The notes under the pieces: generated by a model
Seen by the model: the letters and a program-made list of their open reading frames with translations, nothing else
The model's database searches: none
What the model was told of the DNA's origin: nothing
Made by a program: the position numbers and the translations under genes
Shown here: piece by piece, positions 34,168 to 47,074 of the stretch
How positions within the stretch are numbered: position 1 is the first letter of the stretch
Layout: each line of letters begins with the position of its first letter
Assembly: GCA_026770705.1 (NCBI GenBank)
Contig: JANJGN010000029.1
Location: forward strand, 17,360,001 to 17,424,000
Source of the DNA: Isurus oxyrinchus
Lineage: Eukaryota
Length of the DNA: 64,000 nucleotides
Reading direction: 5' to 3'

Positions 34168-37067
34168 ATCAACATACATCATGTTGCACTCTGAGATGCT
34201 TCAATACAATTTGTATTTGATGCATACATTCATTGTGAGCTGTACAGGCACCTGGCCTTACAGATAGTGTCAGAATGACTACACCCTGCGAAAGGTGGGC
34301 CTGTGGCTGTTGTGTGACTGTTGCTGTTGTCAATAATTATGATATTCTGGTGATTGTTACTGAGTGAGGACTTGGTGCTTAGGCACTCCCAATGGTTTAT
34401 CACCCCCCCACCCCCACCCCCCCAGCAGTTTGTTTAGAGCTGAAATCAAAAAAAGGGGATGGTAGTACAAAGTCTCTGCGACTAGTTTTTCTGGAAACTG
34501 AGGAGGGTGTGGGAATATTTAAATGACACCTTTTGCCCTGTTGAACACTTCAACTTTTGTGTCGGTGAAGTGCGGAGCCAGCATTGCGTTAACACAGCGG
34601 GAAGTCTGAGCACCTTGGATCAGTTGAAAACAGGTTCATGGTTTTGTGGTTTCGAGACGTGAGGTTGCACGATAGGCTGCTAAGGGGAGATGTGTTGGCG
34701 CTGTTCAGAATGGAGGGGCTTCAACAGAGTAAATCAGGATAAACTGTTTCCACTGGCAGGAGGATGGGTAACTAGAGGACGCGGGTAATTGATAGTTGGT
34801 TGGGAATTGGGGGAAGGATGAGAATTTTTAAGCAGTAAGTTGTTGTGACCTCGAATGCGTCGCCTAAAAGGGCGGTGAAAGCAGATTCATCTGTAACTGT
34901 TGAGGGAATTGGATATATTATACTTGGAAAGATTTGCACATTTCCAAATTTGGAATAGAGTGGTAGAGTAAAATTAATTGATTGGAGAGCTCTTGGAAAG
35001 ATGGGCTGAAGTGCTGCCTCCTGTATGACTCTCTAATAATATTCCGAGTTCTCTCTGCCTATTTAGATGGATGTCACAGACCCCATGCTGTTATTTGAAG
35101 AAGAGCATGTTCTTCTGAGATACTGGAGCTGAATACACTGGAGAGAGAAAGCCAAGGGACTATTGGTTTGATTTTTAATAGGCAATGATTATTTCCCCTG
35201 GTTAGTGTTGTTGGGATTAGTTGTCGAGGTAGGTTTGGATTAGGATTATTTTTAGGGGTGTAAAGTGAGAAGTAGAAGAAACCTTTTCAAAGCTGTGAGA
35301 ATATTCACTTTGTTCCCACAAGAAGCGACTAAATCAGAAAAAGTTTAAGAGGGAGTTCGATAAACGATTTGGATAGGGGGCGTGGGATGTTAATGGTTGG
35401 TTGTGCGCTCTCCCATACCTGCGTTTTCTTGCACCCCACACACCATTATACCAGCACCATTTCTGAAGAATTAGCTGAGCCGTTCCTTCAGCTGCCTGCA
35501 CCCTGAGCTCTGGAATTTCGTCTCTAAATCTCTCCGCGCCTCTACTTCTCTCCTTTTTAAGAATTTCCTTAAAATCTATCTCTTTGATCAAGCTTTTAAT
35601 TATCTGTCACAATATCTCGTTCATGGTCCAATTCTCAAACTGTGGTAATGCTCCTGTGATGCTGGGATGTTGCATTTTAGTATATAAATGTTCAGGGGCA
35701 CCGATAATTCAAACCCATGGCTGTTGCAAAGGACAGGATTCCACTATGCCAAACAAGTGTCATCACAACCTCACTGCTTTGGCTGTTGGTGCTGACCCTG
35801 TGCATTGGCAGGTGTGGAAGACGCCAGTGTGAGATACTCACTCTGATTCCATGCATTGACACATGGGCCCTGAGGCGCTACAGTCTCACATACCCAGCGA
35901 GTATCCAGAAAAAAACTGATGCTCCTGTTTTGGTAAACAACGCCTGGTTCATTAACTCATTATCCGGTTTGTCAAGTTGGTGCTGAAATTAGTAATTTGG
36001 AGCTTGCATTAAGAGTTAGACTATACACAAAAGCAAAATGCTACAGATGCTGGAAATCTCAAATGTAGATAGAAAGTAGTGGAAGCACTTAGGCCAGGCA
36101 ACATTGGAGGAGGGGAGAAGAGATTTGTAAGGAAAGGTAGGAGCAGGGGGAGCAGGAGTAGGCCATTCGGCCCCTCAAGCCTGCTCCCCCATGCAATAAG
36201 ATGGCTGATCTGATTGTTGTATTGAGTCCAATTTCTTGCCTGTCCCCATAACCCTTGACTCCCTTGTGGATCAAAAATATGTCTAACTCGGCCCTGAATA
36301 TATTCAATGGCCCAATTATATTGACTCTCTGGGTGGAACCTATTCCCATTTCATAAGCCTGCACTCCTAACCAGCGAGTTTCAGCTTTTAAGTGCTTTGG
36401 TTGACATGCTCTGGGACTGAAACAAAGAATTTTTTTTTCTCCCTCCTCATCTGTCCAGTTCTCATTTCCTGTTTGATGCAGTTGAGTTCAGTAGGAAATG
36501 GCTGAATAACCTGCCAAATGGGTTTCTGTTTCCTGTGCTTTGGCTGCTCATTGTCACAAGGTAGGGGATTTGGTTGGGAACTGGTGGGGGCAAAGGGGGC
36601 AAACAAATATCAGGACTCAGCTGAGCTACTGATGTTTATTTTCTGGGAGGGGGGCTGTGGGGAAGGCAGTGGCATTGGGTTCATCTCTGCCAACCATGTG
36701 ATGCTTTCGTTCGCGTTCGTCTGCAAAGTCTTCTGAATAAATGACCACACTTCAGACATACTTCATTGGCTGCCAAGCGCTTTGAGACATCCTGAAGTCA
36801 TGAAAGGTGCTATGTAAATGCAGGTCCCTTGTCTCTGGGACTTGTTTCTGATTTTTTTTTCATTATCTTTCAATAAGGCACCAGCAATTTTCTGATCCCG
36901 TGTTTAGTGTGGTTATAATGGAGGAGCCACAATCCTGAGATGTTTAGACTTTCTTTATCCACATTTTCTATCCTTCCAAAGACCTGGGCCTGTGCTGCTT
37001 TTTTATTTTTGCATTGTGGGTCCATGGGTCTTCTGCTATCTACAGTGGCAGACACTTCTCCCATAGT

Positions 37068-37300
37068 AAAAACCGGATTCCCTGGAAAAACTCAGCAGGT
37101 CTGGCAGCATCGGCGGAGAAGAAAAGAGTTGATGTTTCGAGTCCACATGACCCTTCAATAGAACTGTTCTGTTGAAGGGTCATGAGGACTCGAAACGTCA
37201 ACTCTTTTCTTCTCCGCCGATGCTGCCAGACCTGCTGAGTTTTTCCAGGGAATTCTGTTTTTGTTTTGGATTTCCAGCATCCGCAGTTTTTTTTGTTTTT
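37068..37300 (+). mobile_element. Palindromic (inverted 5' duplication) Penelope-type short element with 14-bp TSD
   Basis: TSD acttctcccatagt at 37054-37067 and 37301-37314. Arms 37068-37164 and 37166-37262 are near-perfect reverse complements about position 37165. Confidence 0.85.
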
Positions 37301-37310
37301 ACTTCTCCCA

Positions 37311-37697
37311 TAGTGTTGTCAATCCTCCAGGATTGCCCCGGAGTTTCCTGAAATTAAAGACGGGCTTCAAGGATACTGCTGCAAGTATCCCACTAGAAAA
37401 ACCATAGAAGTTACATTTTTTCCCCCCTCCCTTTTTTAAAAAAAAATTATTTTAAAATACATATGCTTTTGTTTACTAAGTATAAACATATTGGGGAAGG
37501 GATGGAGGTTGCTTGACCTCCCAGAAACATCCTATTGAGTAATGGAGTGTTGCTCACTTGCTGATTGGTGGAGGAAAGTGGGTGTATCACAAAGATTGAC
37601 ATGATGAACAGCCAATGGGAGTATGGGGACAGGGTGGATGGAAGCAGGAGGTCACATGATAGATCCAGGAATATGTTCAGCCCGAGTTGGCAATCGT
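37311..37697. mobile_element. Old non-autonomous TIR (MITE-like) element
   Basis: Degenerate termini agtgttgtcaatc...gagttggcaatc (gttgccaac/gttggcaac type). A related right end occurs at about 44710-44745. Confidence 0.4.
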
Positions 37698-38439
37698 CTG
37701 TGATTTCAAGCCCAATTCCTAGGCCAGAGGATCGTGGATCTAAGCAGAGATGACAATGTTTTAAAATGCTTCTCGCAGCTTCCAGCTCTTTCTACAGTTT
37801 GATTACTTTCCCCTGTGTCCTCACCCAGGCTTAACCAATTGAGCATAGTGAGCATCAAACAGACTCAGTCAAACACAGAACAATTGAATGACACAGGGTG
37901 GGGAGAAAGACCACATGACCTAATTCTGAAGCAGGCTACCTTTTAAGAATAAAGCCATCTCGTGTCCCGAGTTCCTCCCTCCCAATTTCTGACAGATGCT
38001 ATAACGTGAGCAGAAGACAGCACGAGATGTGCATCACATTTAACATAGCAGAGCCTGCATGCAGGTGCACTATGTAAAGTTATAAATTATTCACGTTGAA
38101 AGCTTTGGGTTATTTATTATAACATAGTTTCAAAAGTGAGGGAGAAGCGGAGCGGATTCAGCAACAAACCAAACATTCTGGATCTCCAGTGTTACAGCAT
38201 GTGACTAAGGGTTCAGGGATTCTGTTCCTGCCCATTATCTCAATATGGTTACACGCAATCTGTTGGGCGAGAGAGTGGCCCTCACTAGCTCCCAATTGGA
38301 ATTATGTCACAGAGGCAGATTGTGACCTTCCAAGAACTACTGTAACTTTGATTCGTTTGCAGTGTTATGCCCGCACTTTATCTCTTGGCATTTTCTGCAT
38401 TTCTACTGGCACTTTAGCAGCTGGCCTTGGAAGGATGGT

Positions 38440-38453
38440 GTAGCCATGGTAAC
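38440..38453. promoter_or_regulatory. RFX X-box motif GTAGCCATGGTAAC
   Basis: Close match to the palindromic X-box GTTGCCATGGCAAC, in apparently unique intronic sequence. Confidence 0.45.
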
Positions 38454-38969
38454 CTCCAGAATTACTTGATTGCGTGGATTACAACAAATAATTCTTTTTC
38501 TCCCTCCCACTTGATTCATTCGAGCAACTCTAGCTGCTGAGTGGCCCGGATTGGCAACTCAACTAGGAAATGCATCACGAGCCAATGCACACGCGTACCC
38601 TTCCTTCTTGTGATCAGGAAACCTGGCTGATAACATTTCTCTTGGCCTGGAGGTGCAGCGGACAATGGGAGATCCCTGAATTGCTCTGGTTTGGAGGCGG
38701 CAACTCCCCCTGGATCTGGGATCGATTGGGAGCTGCCCACTTGGTCTGCATGGTGGTTGTGAGCTTGCCAACATTGCATCGGGGAGCTCAAATTCATTGA
38801 CCCCACCCCCAGCCCAGTATAGCAGCACTTGTTGCACAACGGGCAGGAGGTTCTGAAAATAATTTTGGCTCTAGTTTTGCCCCTCTGTCATTTCTCTGAC
38901 TGAACAGGCTGCCAATTCCTGACCTAATTTCCTTTTCAACTTGATGTGCCTCTTTTTTTTCTCTCCCTC

Positions 38970-39300
38970 ATTCATGGGAAGGGGGCGTTGCTGGCCAGAC
39001 CAGCATTTATTGCCCATCCCTAATTGCCCTTGAGAACCGAGTGGCTTGCTAGGCCATTTCAGAGGGCAGTTAAGAAGCGATTACATTGCTGTGGGCCTGG
39101 AGTCACATGTAGGCCAGACCAGGTAAGGAGATTAGCGAACCAGATGGTGTTTTATTTTACGACAATTGACAATGGCTTCATGGACGTCATTAGGCCTTTA
39201 ATTCCAGATTTTTTCTTTTATTGATTTCAAATTTCACCATTCGAACTCGGGTCACTAGGGCATTACCCTGGATTACTAGCCCAGTGTGACAATACAACTA
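38970..39300 (-). mobile_element. tRNA-derived SINE with LINE-like tail
   Basis: Reverse-complement match to the 47770-48150 family. Confidence 0.75.
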
Positions 39301-39463
39301 TGTCCCTATCTTCCCAGTACTTTTGTGGTGTTTCGACAACTGTGCTATGGAGATTGTTAAACATTTGCTCAATACTGTTCTTTTTAACTTTGCACATTGC
39401 TTTCCTTGACTATTGCCTCTTGGGAGAAAGTTTCCTATCGCTGGGATTCCCAGTGACAGTGGA

Positions 39464-39559
39464 TAGATCACTGTGTGTACTCACTCTTAGATCACTGTGT
39501 GTACTCACTCTTAGATCACTGTGTGTACTCACTCTTAGATCACTGTGTGTACTCACTCT
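39464..39559. repeat. Perfect minisatellite, 4 x 24 bp (tagatcactgtgtgtactcactct)
   Basis: Four identical head-to-tail copies with no spacers. Confidence 0.97.
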
Positions 39560-40539
39560 GTCACCATCTTTTTACAATGGCCTTTTGCTGCAATTGTTCA
39601 AATTCCCTGTTCGGCGGATGTCCAAGATATCGGCACTGTTTCGAAGAAGAGCAGGGGAGTTCTCCCCAGTGTCCTGGTGAATATTTATTTCTTGGCTAAC
39701 ATCGTTCAAAAAGAACGTTCAGTTGTTATTCTCATTGCTGTTTGTGGGAGCTTGCAGTGCTCAAACTGACTGCTGCGTTTTCCACTTTAAAACTGTCACC
39801 ATGCTTCAGATGTATGTTGTTGGCTGTAAAGCTCTCTGCAGTGTCCTGAGGTGGTGCAAGGTGCTGTACAAACGCGAGTTGCTCTAAAGATTTGGAAGAG
39901 GAGGGGATTAATGAATGATTTGCTCTGTCCAGTGAGATACTGGAGGGGCCGCAGATTGAACGTGTCAGCACCTGGTGATACAGACAAGAGATTGAGAGTA
40001 AAAATTGGAATGGGGGATAGAAATCACCCCCTGGTTGGAGCTCTCACCATCAGGAGCGTGGAAAGGAAAGGCTGTTAGTCACTCGTTCATAATTAAATAA
40101 TTCTATTTCCCCTCACTTTGGAGGCTTTGGATACCTTCATGGTAACACATTTCCCCTGTTTGGCACCAAGTTACACTGGTCACAACTGACAATCTGAGTG
40201 ACACTCTTATTTCTGATTGTAGGAGGAGCTAACTTTTGATTCATTCAACTTAAAGTGAGCCGCTCCCTGAAGGATGCAAAAACAGATCAAATTCAAGCTA
40301 AACTGAGTAGGAAATTTGGAAGTTGAATCTAACTGTTGGTATGGTTCCAATCTACACGGGCCAAATCCTTTACCGCCTCCTCATCTAAACAACTGGGAAT
40401 TGAGGAGAAACTTGTTTTACCCAGCAAGTAGAACATATTACCCACGAGGAGCTGTTGAGGTAAATCCTATGGAAACAAGTGTGTGAAGAAAGGGGAATGG
40501 GAGATTATCCTTCTAACTGTACAGTGAGGAGATAGCTTG

Positions 40540-40982
40540 GTGGTGAGTACACCGGACCAGCAATCCCAAGGCCCACAGCAGCTGGAGGAATTTGAATTCC
40601 ATTAATAAATCTGGAATTGAAAGCTAGTCTGTCATGGTGACCATGATTTTTTTTTTATATTCATTCAAGGGACGTGGGCTTCACTGGCTGGGCCAGCATT
40701 TACTGCCCATCCCTAATTGCCCTTGAGAAAGTGGTGGTGAGCTGTCCTCTTGAACCGCTGGAGTCCATGAATGATGGCTATTGTATCAATTGTCATAAAA
40801 ACCCATCTGGATCACTATAATGTGCTCCAGGGAAGGAAATCTGCCACTCTTACCCAGTCTGGCCTACGCAAGACTCCAGACCCACAGTAAGGTGGTTGAC
40901 TCTGAACAGCCCTCTGAAATGGCCTAGCCAGCCTCAGTTCAAGGGCAATTGGGGATGGGCAATGAATATGGCTTTGCCAGTG
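40540..40982 (+). mobile_element. tRNA-derived SINE interrupted by an inverted LINE-tail fragment (about 40647-40770)
   Basis: SINE body breaks at gaccatga and resumes at about 40771 (tgatggctattg...aaacccatctgg). Confidence 0.7.
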
Positions 40983-43089
40983 ACACAAAGGGAGGCCATT
41001 CTGCCCATCGTGCCTTTGTGTGAACCATTTTTTTTTATTCATTCATGGGATGTGGGCTTTGCCAGCAGAATGGCCTCCTTCTGTGCTTAGAGCATTCTTT
41101 TAGAGGTAAAAGCAATTGACTTGAATTTTGAGTTTGTGCAATTCATAGTGGGTGCTATTGAGGGCTGCACAATTAAATGATTAACCAGACCATTATGCAA
41201 GTGACCTGGAGGCTTGTTTCAGTCAAGGTTGCCTTCTACATAATGAAGGGAAAATAGCTGACAATAGTTCCAGCCAATATTTATTTTGTACTCTTGGAGA
41301 TATTTATTCAACACCATAAAGGGATAACGTCGCAGTAACATGTGGGCTCTGGGATCTGGGTCCAATGCCAAGCTGGAGTGAAAGTGTTTCTTCTGTCTTA
41401 AAGGTCATGAATTTGACAGGAAGGGGCCAGCGGAATATTGGAACAAATTGAGGAAAAGCAAGTTACAAGCCTACGATTGTTTAATTTTTAGGTCTACAGG
41501 TCAAATTTAAAAACAAAGGCTTTAAAGAAAATCGCACAGAGCGGTTTTAAAAATTTCCGACCGCCTTCGCTCTGAGGTGCCCTTGGCCAAAAGAGGTAGA
41601 TTTTAAGGGGAGCCTGAAAGGAGGGAAGAGATTTTCGGGACAGAAATTCAGAGCCTGGTGTCCAGGTGACTGAAGGCATGGCTGTCAATTGTGGAGCCTG
41701 AAATCGAGATGTGCATTGAGATCGGAGTATGTGACACCCCCATGGGCTGTCCTTTGCACCCACACACCTCTGACATTGCTGCAACAAAAAAAAACAAGTA
41801 TCATTTTTCTGTGCCTTGTGGAAGAGATTGGGAGCTACCATCTGCTTTGGGATGACAAGGAAGAAACTTGGGAACCGTGTTCCGAGATTTTTCAGCTGTG
41901 TGAAGCACCCTTTATTAAAATAAACTGGAGTGCCATTAGCTTAAGTCTCTGGGAATTAATCATTCTGCTTGTGAAATATCCTGTTTTCCAATTCTCCTCG
42001 TACCCCATGATTCCGTGGTGAATAGGTTATCACTGGGAACACATGTTTATGGTGACTGATGAAACAAGTTTTGTCTGTCTTGAAGATATTCCTGGAATCT
42101 TTTGGAAATGTTTGGACAGTTTTTTAAAAAATAAACTTTTTTTTTTCTCTGCGAATTTTTGCAAATCAAGGCCATGGATGCTGTCCTAGAAATAATCTCA
42201 GAGGCCTCTAGGAGATTTAAATTGATCCCTGCTGTGTTTTTTTTTGTTGTGTTCCTGCTGATAGTCTCCTTATCTTCAATTCTGAAGGACGCACTGTCCC
42301 CACTCAGTGCCAGCTTCACGCTTGACCACAGGCCATTCACCTACAACTGGGGTCATGACAGAATTTCCTGATGACACTTCCTCCTGCATCTTGGCACCCT
42401 GCCCTGTACCAACCGCTGGCAAGGCTGGGGCGGAGTGCTGGGCGAGGGATGTTTCCATGTTTGATCCCTGGTATTCTAGTGAGTTAAGTGATCTTTCTCG
42501 CTGGTAGTACAACGGCTTGCATTTACATAGTGCCTCCAAAAGAAAGTCCCCTCACAGCTAGAACAATTCATCAAAACAAAACGAGAGCATTAAAATAAAC
42601 ATGGATTTTTTTTTTAAAAATGGAAGCAATTTTTTGGTCAATTTTTAAAGTACTTTGAATAGCTAGTCACATTTCTGCCACTGCATCTTTTGTGTTGAAG
42701 ACGTGGAGAGATGCCTCTGACACTGTTCCAAGGGAGGACAGGGACTGGGGGAGAGGTGGTGAATTCGTGTTGCAGGAACTTATATTTATCCTTGGGTAAA
42801 GATAAGATTATCAAGTACAACATTCTCTTTAGAGCAGTGATATGGAGTGTGGAACTGAATTCGCTCTGGAGCAATATGGTAGCATTCCCATTGAAGGTTT
42901 AGTGTTTGCTCAGGGGGATGTGTGTGCGGGTTTCTTAAGTTACATTGACCATTCGTACGTTTGCGTTTACATCTATCTGATGGGACAGTGAGGACCCTGG
43001 CTCAACCCCCTCCCTAGTGCATGCTACACTGAATGATCCCTGCTGTGTGGTGTTTTTTTCTTTATCTTGTTTCTAAGGTGTTGCAGTCA

Positions 43090-44095
43090 AGGGAGAGATC
43101 TGGGATAATGTTCCCTTTTCCCCACCTCTCCACTGACCACAACAAGGTGCATTTTTTGAGTGTTTTAACCCCTTGAATGCTGTAACTTTTAAGAACAAAC
43201 ACGAAACAGGCTTTCTTGTAAGTTTAACTCAAAAGAAAAGGTAAATGTTTATTTTCACAAATCGCAACTAATAGCCACTTCTCATTCACAAAGGACACAA
43301 ATGCACACAAGAAAAGATGATTTCTAAAGATGTAGCATGCCCTTAGATTTTTTCAAGTTTTGAAATTCGATATTACTCTAGTTCTTCAAGGTGGTTTTCA
43401 AAGGTGTTGATGGCATGAAAATTCTCTTGGGTGACTGAAGGAGAAAATTGAGGTTGAAGGCCTCTGATGATCTCTCAATGGTTTAATCCAAGAACAGCTT
43501 TTCTAGTCAGTTTGTTGAGCACCTGTGGTGAAAATTATAATCTTGCAGGGAAAATGGATTAGCCATTCACTTCAGTGCCTGTGGTGGATTTTCCAGGCAG
43601 GGTTCTTCCTTTTGCTTCCTTCTGATCTGATTCACTGGACTGCCTTTGATTAATAAGGTATTCCCTATCACAAGCCGGTTTTAGTCATGTGACAACAGTA
43701 TCACTGTTTACGTTGTCTACACAATGTGTTGATGGCTAAGCAATTTGTCACACAATGGGGGATGTTTGATATTCCATCAATGTTCTATCCATGAATAGCC
43801 TTCAAAATGTCTTTAGTTCTAATGCCATTGTCATAGAGCCGGCAAGTCTACCAGCCATTGATGCTTTAAGCCTCCAATTGAAAGAGAGGGGCACCATCAA
43901 CATCTGGGTAAGTAGCCTGTATTTTAAGTGACTTAGCAGAGATAACAGTCAGATGTATCTGTCCCTTTCAGTACAAAATGCATTAGGAGTCACCTGACCC
44001 CTCGACTCCATCTTGGATCAAGGTAAATTGTCCATATTTCATGCTACCTTTTTAAAAGTCAAAATGTTCCCCCATACCCTTGTAGATCATGCCTG
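43090..44095 (-). mobile_element. Possible solo LTR related to the 8632-11094 LTR
   Basis: Reverse strand has aataaac...caagaaagcctg...ccttgttg, in the same order as at 10877-11000. Termini are not resolved. Confidence 0.35.
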
Positions 44096-45144
44096 TGAAA
44101 GTAACAATCTGGAGTTTCTGCTACTGGTTGCCCAGTGAGTTCCTGCTGGGTGATGTGGAGAGCTGGAGATGGGGTGCAGGGGGTCCAGCTTCAGCTGTAG
44201 TGTCCATCCTCCTGTTGTCCAGGAGCTTGGCAACACTTGTATTCCTCATGCTTAAGCCAAAGTAATGATTGGAACAGAACAGATCAGCATTCAGAGTGGA
44301 TCTCTTTGTTCTTTTCAGTAAAATGTTGGGTGACCGATGGTGAGTTTGTGAGCAAGGAGGTTGAAGCCCAGCTGGTCATGTGATATACATCCAAGATTAG
44401 GTTCAATCACGGTTGGTCACCCATCAGTCTATGCTTTCCAGCCCAAATCCTTGCCAGGAAGGGACCATGCAAACTAATCCCAAAGAAGGCTATTTATTTT
44501 CTACAAAACCATCTAGTGTCCCTGGTTGCTTCCCACATTACAGCATCTGTTGTGAAGAATATAGCTTGTGGTGCTGCCTGTACATCCTGCTTGAGACAGC
44601 GGAGCCTGCAGGTGCAGAGTGTATAATGTCGTAAATTATTAATGCTGGAAGTTCTGGTTATAATGAGTTTAAAAAGAGAATGAAGCAGAGCATTGTACAA
44701 AACATGCGAACTCCAGGAATATGTCCAGCCAGAGTTGGGAACCCGAGAGTCACTAGGCTGCAGCAATGTGGCGATGCCAGTGATTCCCATGACTCTTTTT
44801 TACTAGGTTTTCTTTCGCTGTCTGTTTTGCCTGCCATGAACGTTTTGGTTTCCAGTCCAGTCCTTCAATCAAATGGGGCTTTTGGTCTTGGAATTCATCT
44901 AAATGTTCTATTAATTTTAGATCAAACTGGCCCAGGTGGGTCCGATTGTAGTCTCCTCTATTGTCAGGAAAGCTAACCAGTGTTACTATCTCACTGGTCA
45001 TGAGATATAACGGCCTTGTCCCATTAGTCGTGTGTGGCTCAATGGTTAAAAAGCTATCATTAATCTATGAGAAGCTTCCTGTCCTTGCCTGCTCCCACTC
45101 TTGTACCTTCAGCAGAGAGGAACTTCAGATGGACTTTGGGGGAC

Positions 45145-45500
45145 ACACTAGTGTAGTGACCGTGTCACTGGGCTAGCAATCCAGAGGCCCAGGCTAATGC
45201 TCTGGGGATGGGGGGGGTTCAAATCCCATTGTGACAGCTGGTGCAATTTAAGTTCAGTCTGGTCTCAGTTTCGCCATCATTATATTAAATTGTCCCAAAA
45301 AACCCATCTGGTTCATGAATGTCCTTCAGGGAAGGAAATCTGCTGGCCTTACCTGGTCTGGCCTACATGTGACTCTAGGCCCACAGGATTGTGGTTGACT
45401 CTTAACCACCCTCTGAAATGGCCTAGCAAGCCAGCAGCTCGCACACAATTAGGCATGGGCAGCAAATGCTGGTCATGCCAGCAACATTCACATCCCTTGC
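45145..45500 (+). mobile_element. tRNA-derived SINE with LINE-like tail
   Basis: Same architecture as 47770-48150. Confidence 0.8.
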
Positions 45501-47074
45501 ACTTGGCACTTGACTAGTAGTAGGTTTGACTTGTTAGGAACATATGAGCCATGATGGACAGCGAATACCCTTTGGTCCTCCCGACTATGTAAACCTTCTG
45601 TGGCGCTCAATATGAGGATGGTTTATGGAACCGCCCCATGGAGGTGCGGTGGGACAGACTCAGCTCATCAAGCTCTCCTGTAGAGCAATCCAGTCAGTCC
45701 CACTCCATCCCAGTAATCATACGAGTTTATTCCCCCTAAGACACCATCCAGTTTCATTTTGAGATCATTTAGCAGCTCTGCCTCCAGCAATTCGGAGGCA
45801 GTGAGTTCCAGGTCTCTACTATTCACTGTGAATAGAGGAAAAAAAATTCTTCCTTGTATCTCCTCCACCACTGCCCCCATCTCTTGCCCAAAGTCTTAAA
45901 TCTGCCTCCTCTAGCTCTTGTACCATCAGCTAATGGGAATCGCTTTTCTTTGTCTATGCCTGTCAGAATCTTTGTATACCTCTATCACACCTTCCCTCAA
46001 TCTTTACTGTGCTAGCACACCAGCTCCTTAAATCAGCACTGGTGCCTCTTTATGGCTGGTCCAACTAAATGGTGGGGCCCACTTCATGATTCATGTGTGG
46101 GGAATGGGCTGACTCATTTGTAAATGGAAGATACTCGACAATGACTCACGAATTCCATCTGCTGCACTATTAAATCCAACTCTTTTTGTCTGTTGTCCCT
46201 TTTCTAAGCCTTCCTTTGGAAAGCATTTGTAAAGCAAGACTCAGTGAGGACCCCGTTAGGAAGACGAGGATTTGTTTGTTTGAGGTGAGAATTGCCAATT
46301 TGTTTCTGTCTCTTCTGCAGACTCCTCTCTGAGACATAGCTCCTTAGGAGCTGGGCACTAGCACCTCACTGGGGACCAGGTTCACTTTGAGATTACTAAC
46401 TCCCTTGGTTAAATATCTGATCAGTATCTTCCCTCTACCCACCCCTTCTCCAAGGCCTCTTCAAGAACAAGTACCTTCAGGAGAGGGAGCATTTGAAGGG
46501 TGGGGTGAGTTTTTGATTTGAGAAGTTGGCAATCAAGGCCCTTTTAAGAGCTCCTTTTGAAGAAACTTGAGGGTTTTTTTTTGGAAACCATTGGTTTCTT
46601 AATCACTTCCCCAACTGACTAACCGCATTCTCATCACATGCCAAATTCTCCACCTTGGTTTATTGTGGGAGGTAAGTCTGAAAGGTGCTTGTACCTGTTG
46701 TCAGCTGTGGTTCAGTGGGTAGAACTCTGGCTTCAGGGTCATAAGGTTGTCGGTTCGAGTCCTGCTCCAGTTCTTAGAACAGTAGCTGAACTTCAAAAAC
46801 AAAGAATATTGGTCATAAAAAGATTTGGGAGATCCCGGGGGTTGTGATTGGTCTATCTGTTGTAAGTCCAGACACCTGTTTGGATTTGTGTGTGATCCAC
46901 ACTAGGGAAACCCGGAAACACTCAGCATGTCAAAATCAAGCTTGTGCCAACAGCTCTAACCTTGTCCTTCGAGGGAAATTGGAGCCACTGTTGTCAAATG
47001 GTAATTTGCGCTTCACAGTATTTGAGTACAAAAGCAACTTATATAGCACCTTTAATTGTAGAAATGCATGTCTC

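Noticed and set aside
39464-39559. CRISPR-like array, or RSS heptamers (cactgtg in each unit)
   Set aside because: The units are contiguous with no spacers, the context is eukaryotic with no cas genes, and no nonamer lies at 12/23 spacing.
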